Origin: Negaprion brevirostris | Lineage: Eukaryota | Reading direction: 5' to 3' | NCBI GenBank assembly: GCA_030324005.1 | Contig: JARDVH010000110.1 | Location: 19,064,603 to 19,128,602 of the forward strand | Length of the DNA stretch: 64,000 nucleotides | Shown here: in pieces, positions 12,664 through 24,882 of the stretch | Position numbering within the stretch: position 1 is the stretch's first letter | Layout of the letters: every line of letters begins with the position of its first letter | Program-made: the position numbers and the translations under genes | The notes under the pieces: model-generated | Told to the model about the DNA's origin: nothing | What the model saw: only the letters and a program-made list of their open reading frames with translations | The model's database searches: none

Positions 12664-12785
12664 CTTCAGTTTTTGATAATGTGGCAGACTGCTGCAATGC
12701 GTTTTCTTTGCTACTTCCTCCTTTGTGTAGAAAAGACAGCAGAGCGTGCAATAATATCCAGTCTTTGGAACCACATAATCTAGTC
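12664..12785 (-). CDS. MATR3: Matrin-3 exon 14 (matrin-type ZnF2)
   Basis: [41 protein letters not shown], near-identical to human; 122 nt; donor AAG|GTAAGC. Confidence 0.97.
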
Positions 12786-14299
12786 CTACAATAAATAAAA
12801 AGTACAATTAATAGCAGGATGTCAATGCCACTTACTGCAAATACATTACCAACAATGAATAACCTTTAATATCTGCAAACAAGATCTAAAATAACATCCA
12901 ATTACAAATTCTGCTAAGTTCCAAAAAAACCTTATTTCAGCTTTGAACTGTAGTGAGTAATCACTTATATATTCTTGAACTGAAGCACCAGACATTACAC
13001 ACCCAATCGAGGTCCACAGGGGCACAAGATATCAGGCCACAACTCCATCCAGCGGAGTTAAGTCATGGCCCACTGGAATTACAAGAGTTTAAAACACATT
13101 TACCAGCTCTAGAAAACTTACCTCCACTAGTTGAGCTGTTTGGAGCCTGAAGCAAGAGTCCACAAAGGCTGCAGCGCCACACCATTCCAGTGATCTTGGA
13201 GGTCATGTCCACACTAGCTGCTATAGAGCAGGTGGGTTTAAAATGTCCAGTGAAACAGACACACTAGGGAGAAGGTAAGCAGATGGCATTTACTGCTCTG
13301 CTCAGGCCACTGACCCAGGAAGAGAGTGTTCCACGTGGCTCAGGAGGGGTTTTTGGGAATATCTTGGTGTTGGTTAATCATGGGCTGGAGGTCTGGAGTG
13401 TGGGGCTCAGTGTGGGTGATTAAAATACTTATGCTGCAGTTACAAGTGGTTTCATTTCTTCTAACTCTTTCAGAGTAACTATCAGGAGTTAAACTTCCCA
13501 AAGCTAGAGATTTAAATTACTTAGTCAGATGGTTCCCAGCACGGCAACTGTCCAAGGGAAGTTAGCACTTTTGCACAATTGCAATGCAAAATTCTTATCT
13601 GGGAACTTCGGAGATGGATTCCCTAGCATCTTTGGGGTACCACCAAATCTGATGCTGAAGAACCATGAAGTTACACGACATCTAACGAACTAGGGTTCAT
13701 ATAAACCACAAGTCTTTGGATCCTTTTAATTGCCAACAGCAATACATCTTTACTGACACTGGAATCTGAAACAAATATAAAATGTGGAAAATCTCAGCAA
13801 GTCTGACAGCATCTGTCGAGAGAGAATAGAGTGAGCCAACATTTCAAGTCTGGATGATCCTTCTTAGTTCCAGAGTTAAGAAGAAAGAAAATTTATACTA
13901 TGGGGGGCGGGGGGGTGAGGGGACTGTAGCAGAACAAAGGGAATATAAACGAGGTAGAAGGCGACTGAGAGGGATGCTAAAATAGCTTAAGTGACCAGAA
14001 TTTGTCAATGTAGAACAGAGGTACATATAATTAAGGTACTGGATGATTATTTGGATAGCAAGCGTTCAAGGATATGGGGGAAAGCCGAAAAATGGCACTG
14101 TCATCATGTTCATTTGGAGAGCCGCTGCAAGTACAATGAGCTGAATGGCCTCCCTCTGTAAAATTCCTTACATTTCTGTGAATTAGATTTATTTAAAAAA
14201 TATAAAATACCAACTTATCTGAACATTGCACAATATTCTCTACGCAATAAAAAAAATTCAACATTTGTAAAATTTAAATATAGTGCAATCTTTTCCTAC

Positions 14300-14762
14300 C
14301 TACAGGATTGTTGGGCTGATATGGTCCAAGTCGGTACTCATCTGGAGTAGGAGATCTTGAGCGAGCACGCTTACTTTCTGGTTCTATGCACGATGAAGGA
14401 GTATCTTCCTGATTTTCACTCTTTTCATCACCATCCAGCTTATTTTCAATCATTTCATCTGCAACTTGCTTCACTTCAGTTTCTTCGTTATCTTTTTTGT
14501 CGCCTTTAGTTCTGATGTTCTTGCCCCTCTTCCGACCTCGTTTTTTTTTAGCTTTGTTCACATCTTCATCTTTTAGTTCACTGGTGTCCTCTGATTTCTC
14601 TGTTTGAATGCTTGCATCAGCATCATCATTTTCTAATTTACTACTGTTATCTTCACAAGACATCAGATCTTCAAGATCTAAATTCCCAGCTTCTACATCA
14701 CCCACCTCATCAACAGTAACAAACTCATCAATGTTTTCAGGAAAGCACTCTTCTTTTAGCTC
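14300..14762 (-). CDS. MATR3: Matrin-3 exon 13 (acidic IDR to PDEYRLGPYQPNNPVG)
   Basis: ELKEECFPENIDEFVTVDEVG...PDEYRLGPYQPNNPVG (human PDEYRIGPYQPNVPVG); 463 nt, phase 0-1. Confidence 0.92.
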
Positions 14763-15199
14763 CTATAGGAATTCAAAGATGTTCATAATCAAAATCTGAG
14801 TCCTCTTTTATTGCACAAAAATTAATACATCTGTGACAAAGAGAATAGAAGCTTATAGATTCACGATACAGTACTAAGTTGGAACACAGTAAAGTGCAGA
14901 AGAGATGTTAAAAAAAAGGGAAAGAAACAGTATGGGAATGGAAAACAGAACAAACATATCAAACAAGTACTCGCATTTGCCTTCACTAAAAAGGATGTGC
15001 TAATGTAGCAGTAAAGGAGAAATACTGAATAAAGTAAGAGATGAGGTACTTTGAAGACTGTGGTCCTCAAAAGTAGAAAAGTCATCCTGTTGCAATGGGT
15101 GTATGTTAAGACTATGAGGGAAGGAAGGATGGAAATAGCTGAAGCTCTGATCACCATTTTACAATTCTCCTTTATTTATGCCCCTTATTTATTTATCTC

Positions 15200-16087
15200 C
15201 CTTATGATTTGAATGAGAATATAGGAAGCATCGTTAATAAGTTTGCAGGTGACATAAGATTGATGGCATAGTGGACAGTGAAGAAAGTTGTCTCCAATTG
15301 CAATGGGATCTTGATCAATTGGGCCAGTGGGCTGGTGAATGGCAGATAGAGTTTAATTTACACAAATGAGGTGATGCATTTTGGTAGATTGAAACACGGC
15401 AGGTCTTACTCAGTAGGGCGAGTTACAGGACAAAGAGATCTAGGGGTACACGTTCATAGCTCCTTGAAAGGGGAGTCACAAGTGGACAGAGTGGTGCAGA
15501 AGGCTTGGTTTCATCGGTCAGAACATCTTGTTGAAGGCATACAAGACATTGGTAAGGCCACACTTTGAATACTGCGTGCAATTCTGGTCACCCTATTATA
15601 GAAAGGATAATATTAAACTGGAAAGAGTGCAGAAAAGATTTACTAGGATGCTACCAGGACTTGATGGATTGAGTTATAAGGAGAGGCNNNNNNNNNNNNN
15701 NNNNNNNNNNNNNNNNNNNNNNNNNNNNNNNNNNNNNNNNNNNNNNNNNNNNNNNNTCAGATAGATAGTCAATATCTTTTCCCAAAGATAGGTGAGTCTA
15801 AAACTAGAGGGCACAGATTTAAGGTGAGAGAGAAGAGATCAAAAGAGTCCACAGAGGCAATTTTTTCACACAGGATGATGAGTGTCTGGAACAAGCCACC
15901 AGAGGTAGTAGTAGAGGCAGGTACAATTTTGTCTTTTAAAAAGCAATAAGATAATTACATGGGTATGACGGGTATAGAGGGCCAAATGCGGGCAATCAGG
16001 ATTAGCTTAGGGGTTTTAAAAAAGGGTGACATAGACAAGTTGGGCCGAAGAGCCTGTTTCCATGCTGTAAACCTCTATGACTCTATG
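15200..16087 (+). mobile_element. CR1 LINE (HER1-like) 3' part
   Basis: ORFs HFGR...RDLGVHVHSSLK and YKTLVRPHFEYCVQFWSPYYRKD..KLERVQKRFTRMLPG; ctctatgactctatg tail. Confidence 0.88.
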
Positions 16088-18978
16088 CAGTACAGCAATG
16101 AAGGACTGCAAATATTGTACATCAATTAAAAAGGAGATAAAGCCAGCCAACTAGAAGACAGTTAACCTAAAGTGGAGACAATAAACCAGGCTAAATTAAT
16201 CGGCATTTGGAAAAGTATAAACCAAAAGGCATTGATTTGTTAAATGATGATTGTTTAACTTGACTGAAATCTTTAGAAAAGTTAACAGAGAAGGCTGATG
16301 GACCGTATGCCATGTCAAGTCTCTGGACTTTGACAGTACTAAATAACCGACTTTAATATTGCTTCTAACTATGGGATTAAAAAGCACGGCATGGGCAGTA
16401 AAATGGCTAAGAAACAGCGTGCATGGCATACTGGTCAATGATTGTCATTCAGATTGAAGGGAATTATACAGCAGTGTTCTCTGGGGCTAATATTTTGACA
16501 AGTACTCGTATACGATCTGTACTTGGGTATACAAAGTTTGCAGGTGATTTAAAATGCAAAAACTGTAGATAACAATAAAGAGGACACAGACCGACAAGTA
16601 AAATGGATAGACACAGGGTAGATGAAATTTAAAAGAGAACTGTAAAGTAATTTTGGTAGGAATGAGGAGTAGCTCTATAACAGTATAACTTTAAAGGGAA
16701 TGAAGGGATAGAGATGTACGTAGATATATGTGCTCAGGTGTGCGACGGTCATAGCACAAGCTGAGAAGATTTAAAGAGCTTAGGATACTTGGTTTTATTA
16801 ATAGATACTATAACAAACAGCTTTTAGTAGTACTGACACAAATGAACAGTATATCAAAACAAAGTTTCAAGCATTCTATAGATTAGTATAGAAAACAAAG
16901 CCAAACAGCAGCTACATTTATGTAAGCGATACTGGTGAGATACTGTTTGAAATAAATTCAGATGACTCTGACCTAGCCTCAGGTTCCACACCAATATCAA
17001 CTTTTAACTGACAAAAAGACTGAAGTGATCCTATAAGGTGGAAGACTAATGAAAACACTGATTTTTTTTGTCAAGAGAGAAATAAAAAGTCAGCAGAGAT
17101 AAAAACCTGACTCATGGTTTTTAAAATGACAGCCAAATCAAAAATAAACCAAAAATGCTGAAAAACAAACTCTTTCCACATGGCTCAACAGTTAGCCACA
17201 CCTGGAAACAGGAAAGGATTAGAGTGGTTCAGCTGGCAAGTAATTTGATGTTTCATGCTCCATGACATGATTGCTATCTTGGATTCCCCAATTAGGGTGA
17301 CAGACCAAATGGACATTAAATTCTGCTTTGGAAAATAGTTTTTTTCACATAATTATTTTGGGACAAATTTATGAAGCAATACGACACATAAAAACTGCTG
17401 CTTATTTTAAAGTGACTCATCTTGCATATATTTTAAAATTCAATTATCCAGCTAAATAGGGCACATTTTTGCAACTTAAGGACAAGATTAGTCCTTCTCA
17501 TTACATTCTTGAACAGTCTGTGTAACTAAAATCAGATTTGCAACATTTAAATGAACTTCCAATTCAAAGCATTTTTTTTGTGTTTTGTACTTCAATATTA
17601 AAAGAATCTCACAAACATAGCAGTTATAGGACCAGCATGATTTCACAATAGCAAAGTTAATTTGCATCCACGTATATGCCTGATAACCAGGATAGTAAAT
17701 GAACTGAAGACTCAAACTAGGAACTATTTATGCAAGAGGAATCAAGGAAGTCCACACCCTTCCAAACTCTATGCAGTTCCATTTCCAGTCTGAAAAAAAA
17801 ACAGGGTAACCTTTCGTATAGACACCTCTTACTGACCCCAATGTTCTGTGGCTTCATTAAACCACAGAATTTAGAAATGGTTTCAGACCGACATGTTAAA
17901 TCTTGCAGCCGAAGCAGGCTTCTTCAATGTTTTCTGCAAGTACAAACACTATGGGTAAAGTCACAAAAGGCATTGTGCTGCAAATAACATTGTCATATGA
18001 CACTTATCAGACAAGCAGGCCACTTGAAGCAAATTTACTGAATGGACTGGAAAAACGACAAAATCTCTACCTTGAATAGAATGTCTCCCAAGTAATTCAG
18101 ATGCAAACCCATTGATTTGGAGGACTTTAATCTCAGCTGTAGACAATATGCAAGAGTTTCTTTTGGTTTTGTTAAAAAAAATTCTGTTTTTGATTTTGAA
18201 GGTTAGCCTTTTGACAGCTTTTTGGCTTGTGATTAACTTGGTAAATAGTTTTGCACCATACTGGACACAATTTTATCCTCATCTATTTTCCCAGGCAAGC
18301 ATAGTCACCATTTTAACCTCATTTTTTAAAAATTAAAATTGCTGGATACAATTTTTAGTAGTTCCAACTTCTCAGTTAACATCTGATTGTTGATATTTAT
18401 TGTCAGGATCTATTTTATCAATAAAAAGCAGAGTTACATTTCCTACAAAAATGCTGAACCCACAAAAATTGACCACGTGCTGCCAAAGCGTTCTATGGAG
18501 TTATTTACGACAGTTACCAATAGCTCCTTTGCCAATTACAGCAAGGCACATGCACAGTATAATGTAACAGAGCTCTAAATTTTTTCTTATGCCTGTTACC
18601 TAGCCAGAAAACATTAGGTATGGTTCCAACATGGGTTGATTCTGAAAATTTAAACTTTTGGTGTTTTGAGTGGAAGGCCAATATTTAACAGCTAGGGCAA
18701 AAACAATAGACCAAGATCGTCAGATAGTCAAATTACTACGAAGTAGGTTTAAAAAACCCATCACCTTGTTTTAAAAAAAGCTTAAAACATATAGCTACAA
18801 AGCTAAGTGAGGAAAATTACCCGCGATGCTGCTTGTTGGTGTTGTTTACTCCTTTGAATTATTGGTACCTGCTTAAAAAAGCAGAAAGTTTTAATTGAGG
18901 TAACATTATCCTTATTTCATTGCTGTCAATCATACTTACAGCAAAACAAAAAACTGAGTACCAAACCTGTGTTTTTAC

Positions 18979-19387
18979 CTTCTCAGTTGTTTCTGCTGCA
19001 TTCTGCACATTTATTTCCTTATCTGCTTTGGAATCTGGTTTTATGGAGTCTGTTCCTTTTATTTCATGCTTTGTTTCTTTTTCCAAATCTTCTTGGTCAG
19101 CCTCTTCACTCTCTGACTCTTCACTTCCCAGTTCCTCAACCAGACCTTCTTCAGCAAGTTCTGCATCACTCTCAATAACTGCAATGGCGTCTTCTTCTAA
19201 AGCTTCCTCTTTTTCTTCAGACTTCATTTCTTGTTTGTCTTCTTCCTCAGATTTCTCTTTCCCAACTTCTTTTGAAGGAGAACTTTCAGAGGTTCTCTGT
19301 TCTCCTTTTTCTCCATCTTTTGGCAGGTTCTTTGATTTGCTAGGTAGCTTTTTCTTAAAGGATGGACTGCGGGAACGTCGCCGTCTT
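18979..19387 (-). CDS. MATR3: Matrin-3 exon 12 (basic/RS NLS region plus acidic IDR)
   Basis: RRRRSRSPSFKKKLPSKSK...EEDAIAVIESD...TTEK; 409 nt, phase 2-0; tandem AAGAAG acceptor (alternative start 19384); donor AAG|gtaaaa. Confidence 0.9.
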
Positions 19388-19705
19388 CTTCGAAGAAAGA
19401 AACAAAATATAAAACAAGTCTATGCTATGGAATTAGATCTAGTTTTAGGCAATACACATTACAGCTTGGTAGCTAGCACTGCTAACAATATATGCAGAGA
19501 TATTGACTGAAGACAGAATTGGCCTTAGTGGTTATGCTTCCTGTAATTAAATACTTTGCCAAAGGTCACATAAGTACTCGTGGAACCAGATTTATTCCAA
19601 GATTTAGCAACTCCAGAAGAAAAGTGAACAACTGGTGAAAAAAATCCCACACAACATGACTAGCGTGTCATACGAAGTTGGGAGTACAACTCTAACCTCA
19701 CCTTG

Positions 19706-19970
19706 GGGGGCAGCACAGTAGCTAGCACTGCTGCTTCACAGTGCCAGGGGCCCGGGTTTGATTCCCAGCTTGGGTCACTGTCTGTGGAGTTTGCATGTTC
19801 TCCCCATGACTGCGTGGGTTTCCAGAGTGCTCCAGTTTCCTCTCTCATTCTGAAATCCATGGTTAAGTGCATTGACCCTAACAGGTGCCGGACTGTAGTG
19901 ACTAAGAGAATTTCCAGTAACTTTACTGCAGTGTTAATGTAAGCCTTACTTGTGACTAATAAATAAACTT
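19706..19970 (+). mobile_element. V-SINE variant with alternative 3' tail
   Basis: ggggcagcac..tagcactgctgc head, gggtttgattccc B box, tail ...cttgtgactaataaataaact. Confidence 0.75.
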
Positions 19971-20324
19971 GCTGCTTTTCTTCATCCTCCTCACTTTTAC
20001 AGAGCCCCAAACAATAATGCCCTTATCTGTAACAACTGCATAGACAACTCAGTATTAACAGCCTTTTCAAAGCATTTCTCCAGTTCTAGCAAACTGTCCT
20101 CAAATCAGATTTTCTTAATCAGGCCTGACAATTATGGCAAATTAATTAAAAGAGGTTTCAAGTAACTTTTTATTTCTGATTTAAAGTCTTCATATTTTAA
20201 ATATTTATGTATAAAATGTTGCATTTTAGCATCCAAAGTTAGAGCAGAAAAAGGGCAAATTTTAAGAAGATAGTTTTAAAAATGTTTTTTAATTTGACCA
20301 TTAAATCTCAAATGAGCAAACAAG

Positions 20325-21375
20325 AGATGAAGTACAGCACAGGAATAGGCCCTTCAGGCCTCCAAACCTGCACCTGTAATCATGCCTGCCTAAAACAAAA
20401 CCGTTTGCACTTAAGAGACTGTATCCTTCTATTCCCATCCTATTTATCTATTCATCTAGTCCTCAAAACCTTTTCCCACACACCTTAAACCCATGTCCCC
20501 TATTACTTGACTTTTCCATCCGAGGAAAGAGCATCTAACTATCCACTCTGTCCATGCCATTCAATCTAGTAAACCTCTATTAACTTTCATCATTCTAGTG
20601 AGAACAAACCGAGTTTATCCATCCTCTCCTCACGGCTAACACCCTCCAGACTAGGCAACATCTTGGTAAACCTCTTCTGTACCCTCTCCAAAGCCTCCAC
20701 ATCCTTCTGGTCGTGTTGCAACCAGAATTGCACACATTCTAACTGAGGCCTAACTAAGGTTCTGTACAGCTGCAGTATGACTTGCGAATTTTTATACTTA
20801 ACGCCCTTAATCAAGGCAAGTATGCCATGTGCCTTGACTACCTTATCCACCTGTGTTGCAACATTCAGTGATCGGTGGACATGTACACCCAGATGTCTCT
20901 GCCCGTCAATGTTCCTAAGGGTTCTATCATTTACCGAATAATTCCCACGTGCATTGGACCTTCCAAATGTTTCACACTCATCTGGATTAAACGCCATCTG
21001 CTATTTCTCAGCCCACATCTTGCTGATCCTCTGACAATCATCATCACTATATGCAAATCCAACAATTTTTGTGTCATCTGCGAACTTAGGAATCAGACCA
21101 GATATATATTATATACCAAGAACAACATAGGTCCCAGAATTGAACCCTATGGAACACCGCTAGTCATAGCCTTCCACTCAAAAATCACCTCTCTACCGCC
21201 ACCCTCTATCTTTTATGGCCAAGCCAGTTCTGTGTCCAACTTGCCAGCTCTTCTCTGATCCCAAGTGACTTCACCTTTTGTACCAGTCTACGATGAGGTA
21301 CCTTGTCAAAAGCTTTGAAGTCCATGTACACAACATCCACTGTCTTTCCCCCATCATCTTTATCACTTCCTTGAA
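20325..21375 (-). mobile_element. CR1 LINE RT/3' part
   Basis: ORF 20590-20997 LGVHVHRSL...YRTLVRPQLECVQFW...ALERVQKRFTKMLP; KFADDTK (aagttcgcagatgacacaaaa) upstream. Confidence 0.88.
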
Positions 21376-22642
21376 GCTAAATGACAATTCACAATTCTCC
21401 CATAATGCATAAATACCATTTCTATTGGATAATCGCATTACATTTGCTTGCTAAAGCCATTTTAGCACTAAAATAAATCACAAATGATGTGCTGCAAAAT
21501 CTTGATCACTTAAGCAGGACTTGATCATAAAATTATGAAACAATATTTTTGAAGTACAACAGATAACAAATTATTCATGTTAAAGCTTCATTCTGTAGCT
21601 ATAAATTGTGAATCGCTGTATATAGTGCATCTATTTTAGTAACATTTCGTATTTATCGAAACTTAAATGCTCAATACAAATCCCCACACTATGAATGCAA
21701 TATTACACATTATGAATGCCCCAAAGGGCAATATGGGGGAAACCAGGGCTCAAATGTGAGGGGAAAACTATTTTTACTGATTCAATCACCATAGAGTACT
21801 TGTGGAACTTATTTGCCAAATTTATTTTAAACACAGATATAGTTGAGCATTATACAACCAGGATGATCAATGCAAAATATAGTTGATATTGGAAATTTGA
21901 AATACAAACAGTTCAGACAAAAGATTATCAACTTGCAGTGCTAATGATTTTCTTTCTGCAGGTGCTGCTGAACCTGCAGGTTATGTCCAACAATTCCTGT
22001 TTTTTAATTCATACAGTCTAACTTCTGGTCTTATCCAAAGGGCAACATCTTCCTAATGCAAGGAAGAGTGTGTTCAGAGCAAGACGACATTGTTCAGCTA
22101 GCCATGCTGCTCCTGCACATTTCCAAGCTGCCTGTTCAAATTAGCATTAGGAGGAAAACAGAAGCAGTTCACTGCACAAAATAATGAGTGCAGCAGCGGA
22201 AAGAAAACAGCAACAATTTCCATTTATATAGCAACATAGTAAAACATTACAAGGAATTTAATCAAAATGTAACCAAGATACCTAAGACATATTATGCCAG
22301 ATGACAAGGCAGGTTTTAAGGAACAGCTTAAAAAGGTACAAAGAAAGGTTTAGGCAGGGAATCCAGAGCTTTGGCCCTTGGCAATGTGCATCAATGAACA
22401 ATTAACAATGCGCCAAAGGCCAAATTGGAGGATTGCGGATATGAGGGGAGTATGGCTGCAGGAGATTATGGAAGGGAGAATCTCCCTCCCCCACATCTTT
22501 GGGCACTAAAGGGCAATTTTGCATGGCTAGTTGACTGAACCTGCACATCTTGTTTCCAAGTCAGAGATGCAAGGATTTAGCACATCATCTAGACTGACCA
22601 GTGCTACGTTGTTGGACATGGATATATACCGAAACAATTTAC

Positions 22643-22695
22643 CTGTCTGCTTCATCCTGTTCTTTCAATAGTTCTTGCACCTTTATGCTGGGTTT
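22643..22695 (-). CDS. MATR3: Matrin-3 exon 11 (KPSIKVQELLKEQDEADR)
   Basis: 53 nt, phase 0-2, gtttcag| ... |gtaaat; links exon 10 to exon 12 in frame. Confidence 0.87.
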
Positions 22696-24688
22696 CTGAA
22701 ACAATAGATTAAACAGGAATTGTTCCAAATTCTGGTCTGCGATAGAAAATTTTGCATGGTTCAACGATGCTTGTCACATCTATAAATGGATTCCAACCCT
22801 ACATGCCTGAGTTACGTAGCCTGACATCTAATTATATGAGAGCACAAGTCAAGCATGCAACAATGAGATTCTCAAGTGAACTTTCCAATTTGTAAAAGAT
22901 GAACTGAGAGAAAAAAAAAACAAGTAAAACAAGATCAGATGAATGTTTCAGGACTACTTTATTTCACATCAAATGAAAATTCAAAAGCAGCAACACTTCC
23001 CTGGTCTACACTGACTTTCTGACTTTCATTTGCTAACTTGAAAAATAATTCTTACTTCTGTGTTTGCTTTCCCTCTGGACCAGCCTAAAGTTTGTTCTCT
23101 CAGTTTTCTAGTTTGACTAACTTACTGCATCTCTCCTTTCAACATTTCTGTTCACAGCTAAAAATCTGCAAAATCACTCCTGCCAACCATAAAGGATAAA
23201 AGACTTCTAACAATGATTGCGAATCTCACCAATTATCAAGGTAATGTGGCAAAACGTGATTTATCCAGACTTTTGAGGAATTCAACATTTTAATTTAACC
23301 TTTAAAAATAGTCATTATTATAGATGACTGCAAGACAAAAAGCTTCAGCACTGTTAACCTTCTTTTGTTCCCCTTAGAGCAGCAATTCTGAACTTTTTTT
23401 TGCCACAGACCATTTAGTCAAGACAAAAGACCCTGCAGGCCACTTATTGGTCCTATGACACTGGTTTTCATTTGCAACCGCAAAACAGGCAACAAAATTA
23501 ATGGGGAGAATGGGCTGCATTTGGTGAGATCCCAATGAGGTGAAATCATGTTTCAAGTTGGAGAACTTCAGTCTCAAGTCAGGCTTCATATTCAGTCAGT
23601 TCATCTCTTTACTTTAACCCCATAACCGCTCAAAATTTAATCTTGCAGTCTGTTGCAACAGAACGTAAATCTTGCTTATAAAACTACATTATTACTTCTC
23701 ATAGAACATAGAACACTACAGCGCAGAACAGGCCCTTCGGCCCACGATGTTGCGCCGACCAACTAAAAAGCAATGACCCTCTAACCTAAACCANNNNNNN
23801 NNNNNNNNNNNNNNNNNNNNNNNNNNNNNNNNNNNNNNNNNNNNNNNNNNNNNNNNNNNNNNNNNNNNNNNNNNNNNNNNNNNNNNNNNNNNNAAGGGTG
23901 CAGAGGAGATTTACCAGAATGTTACCTGGGTTGAAAAGTTTTAATTATGAAGAGAGATTGGATAGACTGAGGTTGCAGAGGAGACTGAGGAGGACATGAT
24001 TCAGATTTATAAAATTATGAGGGGCATCAAAAGAATGGACAGGAAGAAACTTTTTCTCTTGGTGTAGCCATCAATGACATAGATTTAAGTTAAGGGTCTG
24101 TACTCGTTGGAGTTTAGAAGGATGAGGGATCACCTTTTTGAGACGTATAAGATAATGAAAGGGATGGATAGGGTAGAGGTAGAGAGATTCTTCCCACTTA
24201 CAAAGGAAAGCAGGACTAGAGGGCACAGCCTCAAGATAAGGGGGGGGGGGTTGCAGTNNNNNNNNNNNNNNNNNNNNNNNAGACACGGGTAGAGAGGTTT
24301 TTGCCAGGCAAGGGAATTAAGGGCTATGGGGAGAAAGCGGGAACGTGGAACTGATCCACTTCAGATCAGCCATGATCTTGTTGAATGGCGGAGCAGGCTT
24401 GAGGTGCTAGATGGCCTACTCCTGCTCTTATTTCTTATGTTATTTCCTGAAAATCTATATTTACTGCATCCCTTTATCTATCCAGTCATTTCTTCAAATA
24501 ATCTATTAAATTGAGCAAACAAATTTGGCTTAAATCAATTTTCTATGCATTACTAAATGCCCACAAGATTTCTACCTTCTTTCAAATGCATGAATGGAGC
24601 AGTAAACATGAAAGCCATTGTGAAATCAGTCACCAGAAATGGGAAGAAGGTTCAATCCAGAAGGGTCAGGCATAAGTATTTACAATAC

Positions 24689-24882
24689 CTTAATTGTTGT
24701 GTCTCTGTCTTCTTGCCACAGCATCTTAAATTTTTGGAAACGTTCTAGTGCACTGGTGATTGTATCCCTCAATGAGTTGACAGAAGCAGACAGTATCACT
24801 ATTAATTTGGTTACGTCTTTGTGTTCTGCCACGTTGTGATAAAAATTCTTCAGCTGCCTTACACCCTTACTTTCGCTAATTT
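24689..24882 (-). pseudogene. Orphan single exon of an outer-arm axonemal dynein heavy chain (DNAH8-like) inside MATR3 intron 10
   Basis: Translates LKNFYHNVAEHKDVTKLIVILSASVNSLRDTITSALERFQKFKMLWQEDRDTTIK, resembling recalled DNAH8 (NFYPGVAEHKDISKLVLLLSSSVNSLR...FQKYKTLWTEDRD); acceptor ttctcctgcacag, donor AAG|gtattg; 194 nt; no other dynein exons seen. Confidence 0.75.

Noticed and set aside
12950-13700. Possible old MITE/DNA transposon in intron 13
   Set aside because: Could not define terminal inverted repeats or target duplications with confidence
18920-19510. 196-aa serine-rich plus-strand ORF
   Set aside because: Antisense shadow of the Glu/Lys-rich exon 12; likewise 14608-14799 and the plus-strand ORFs over exon 2
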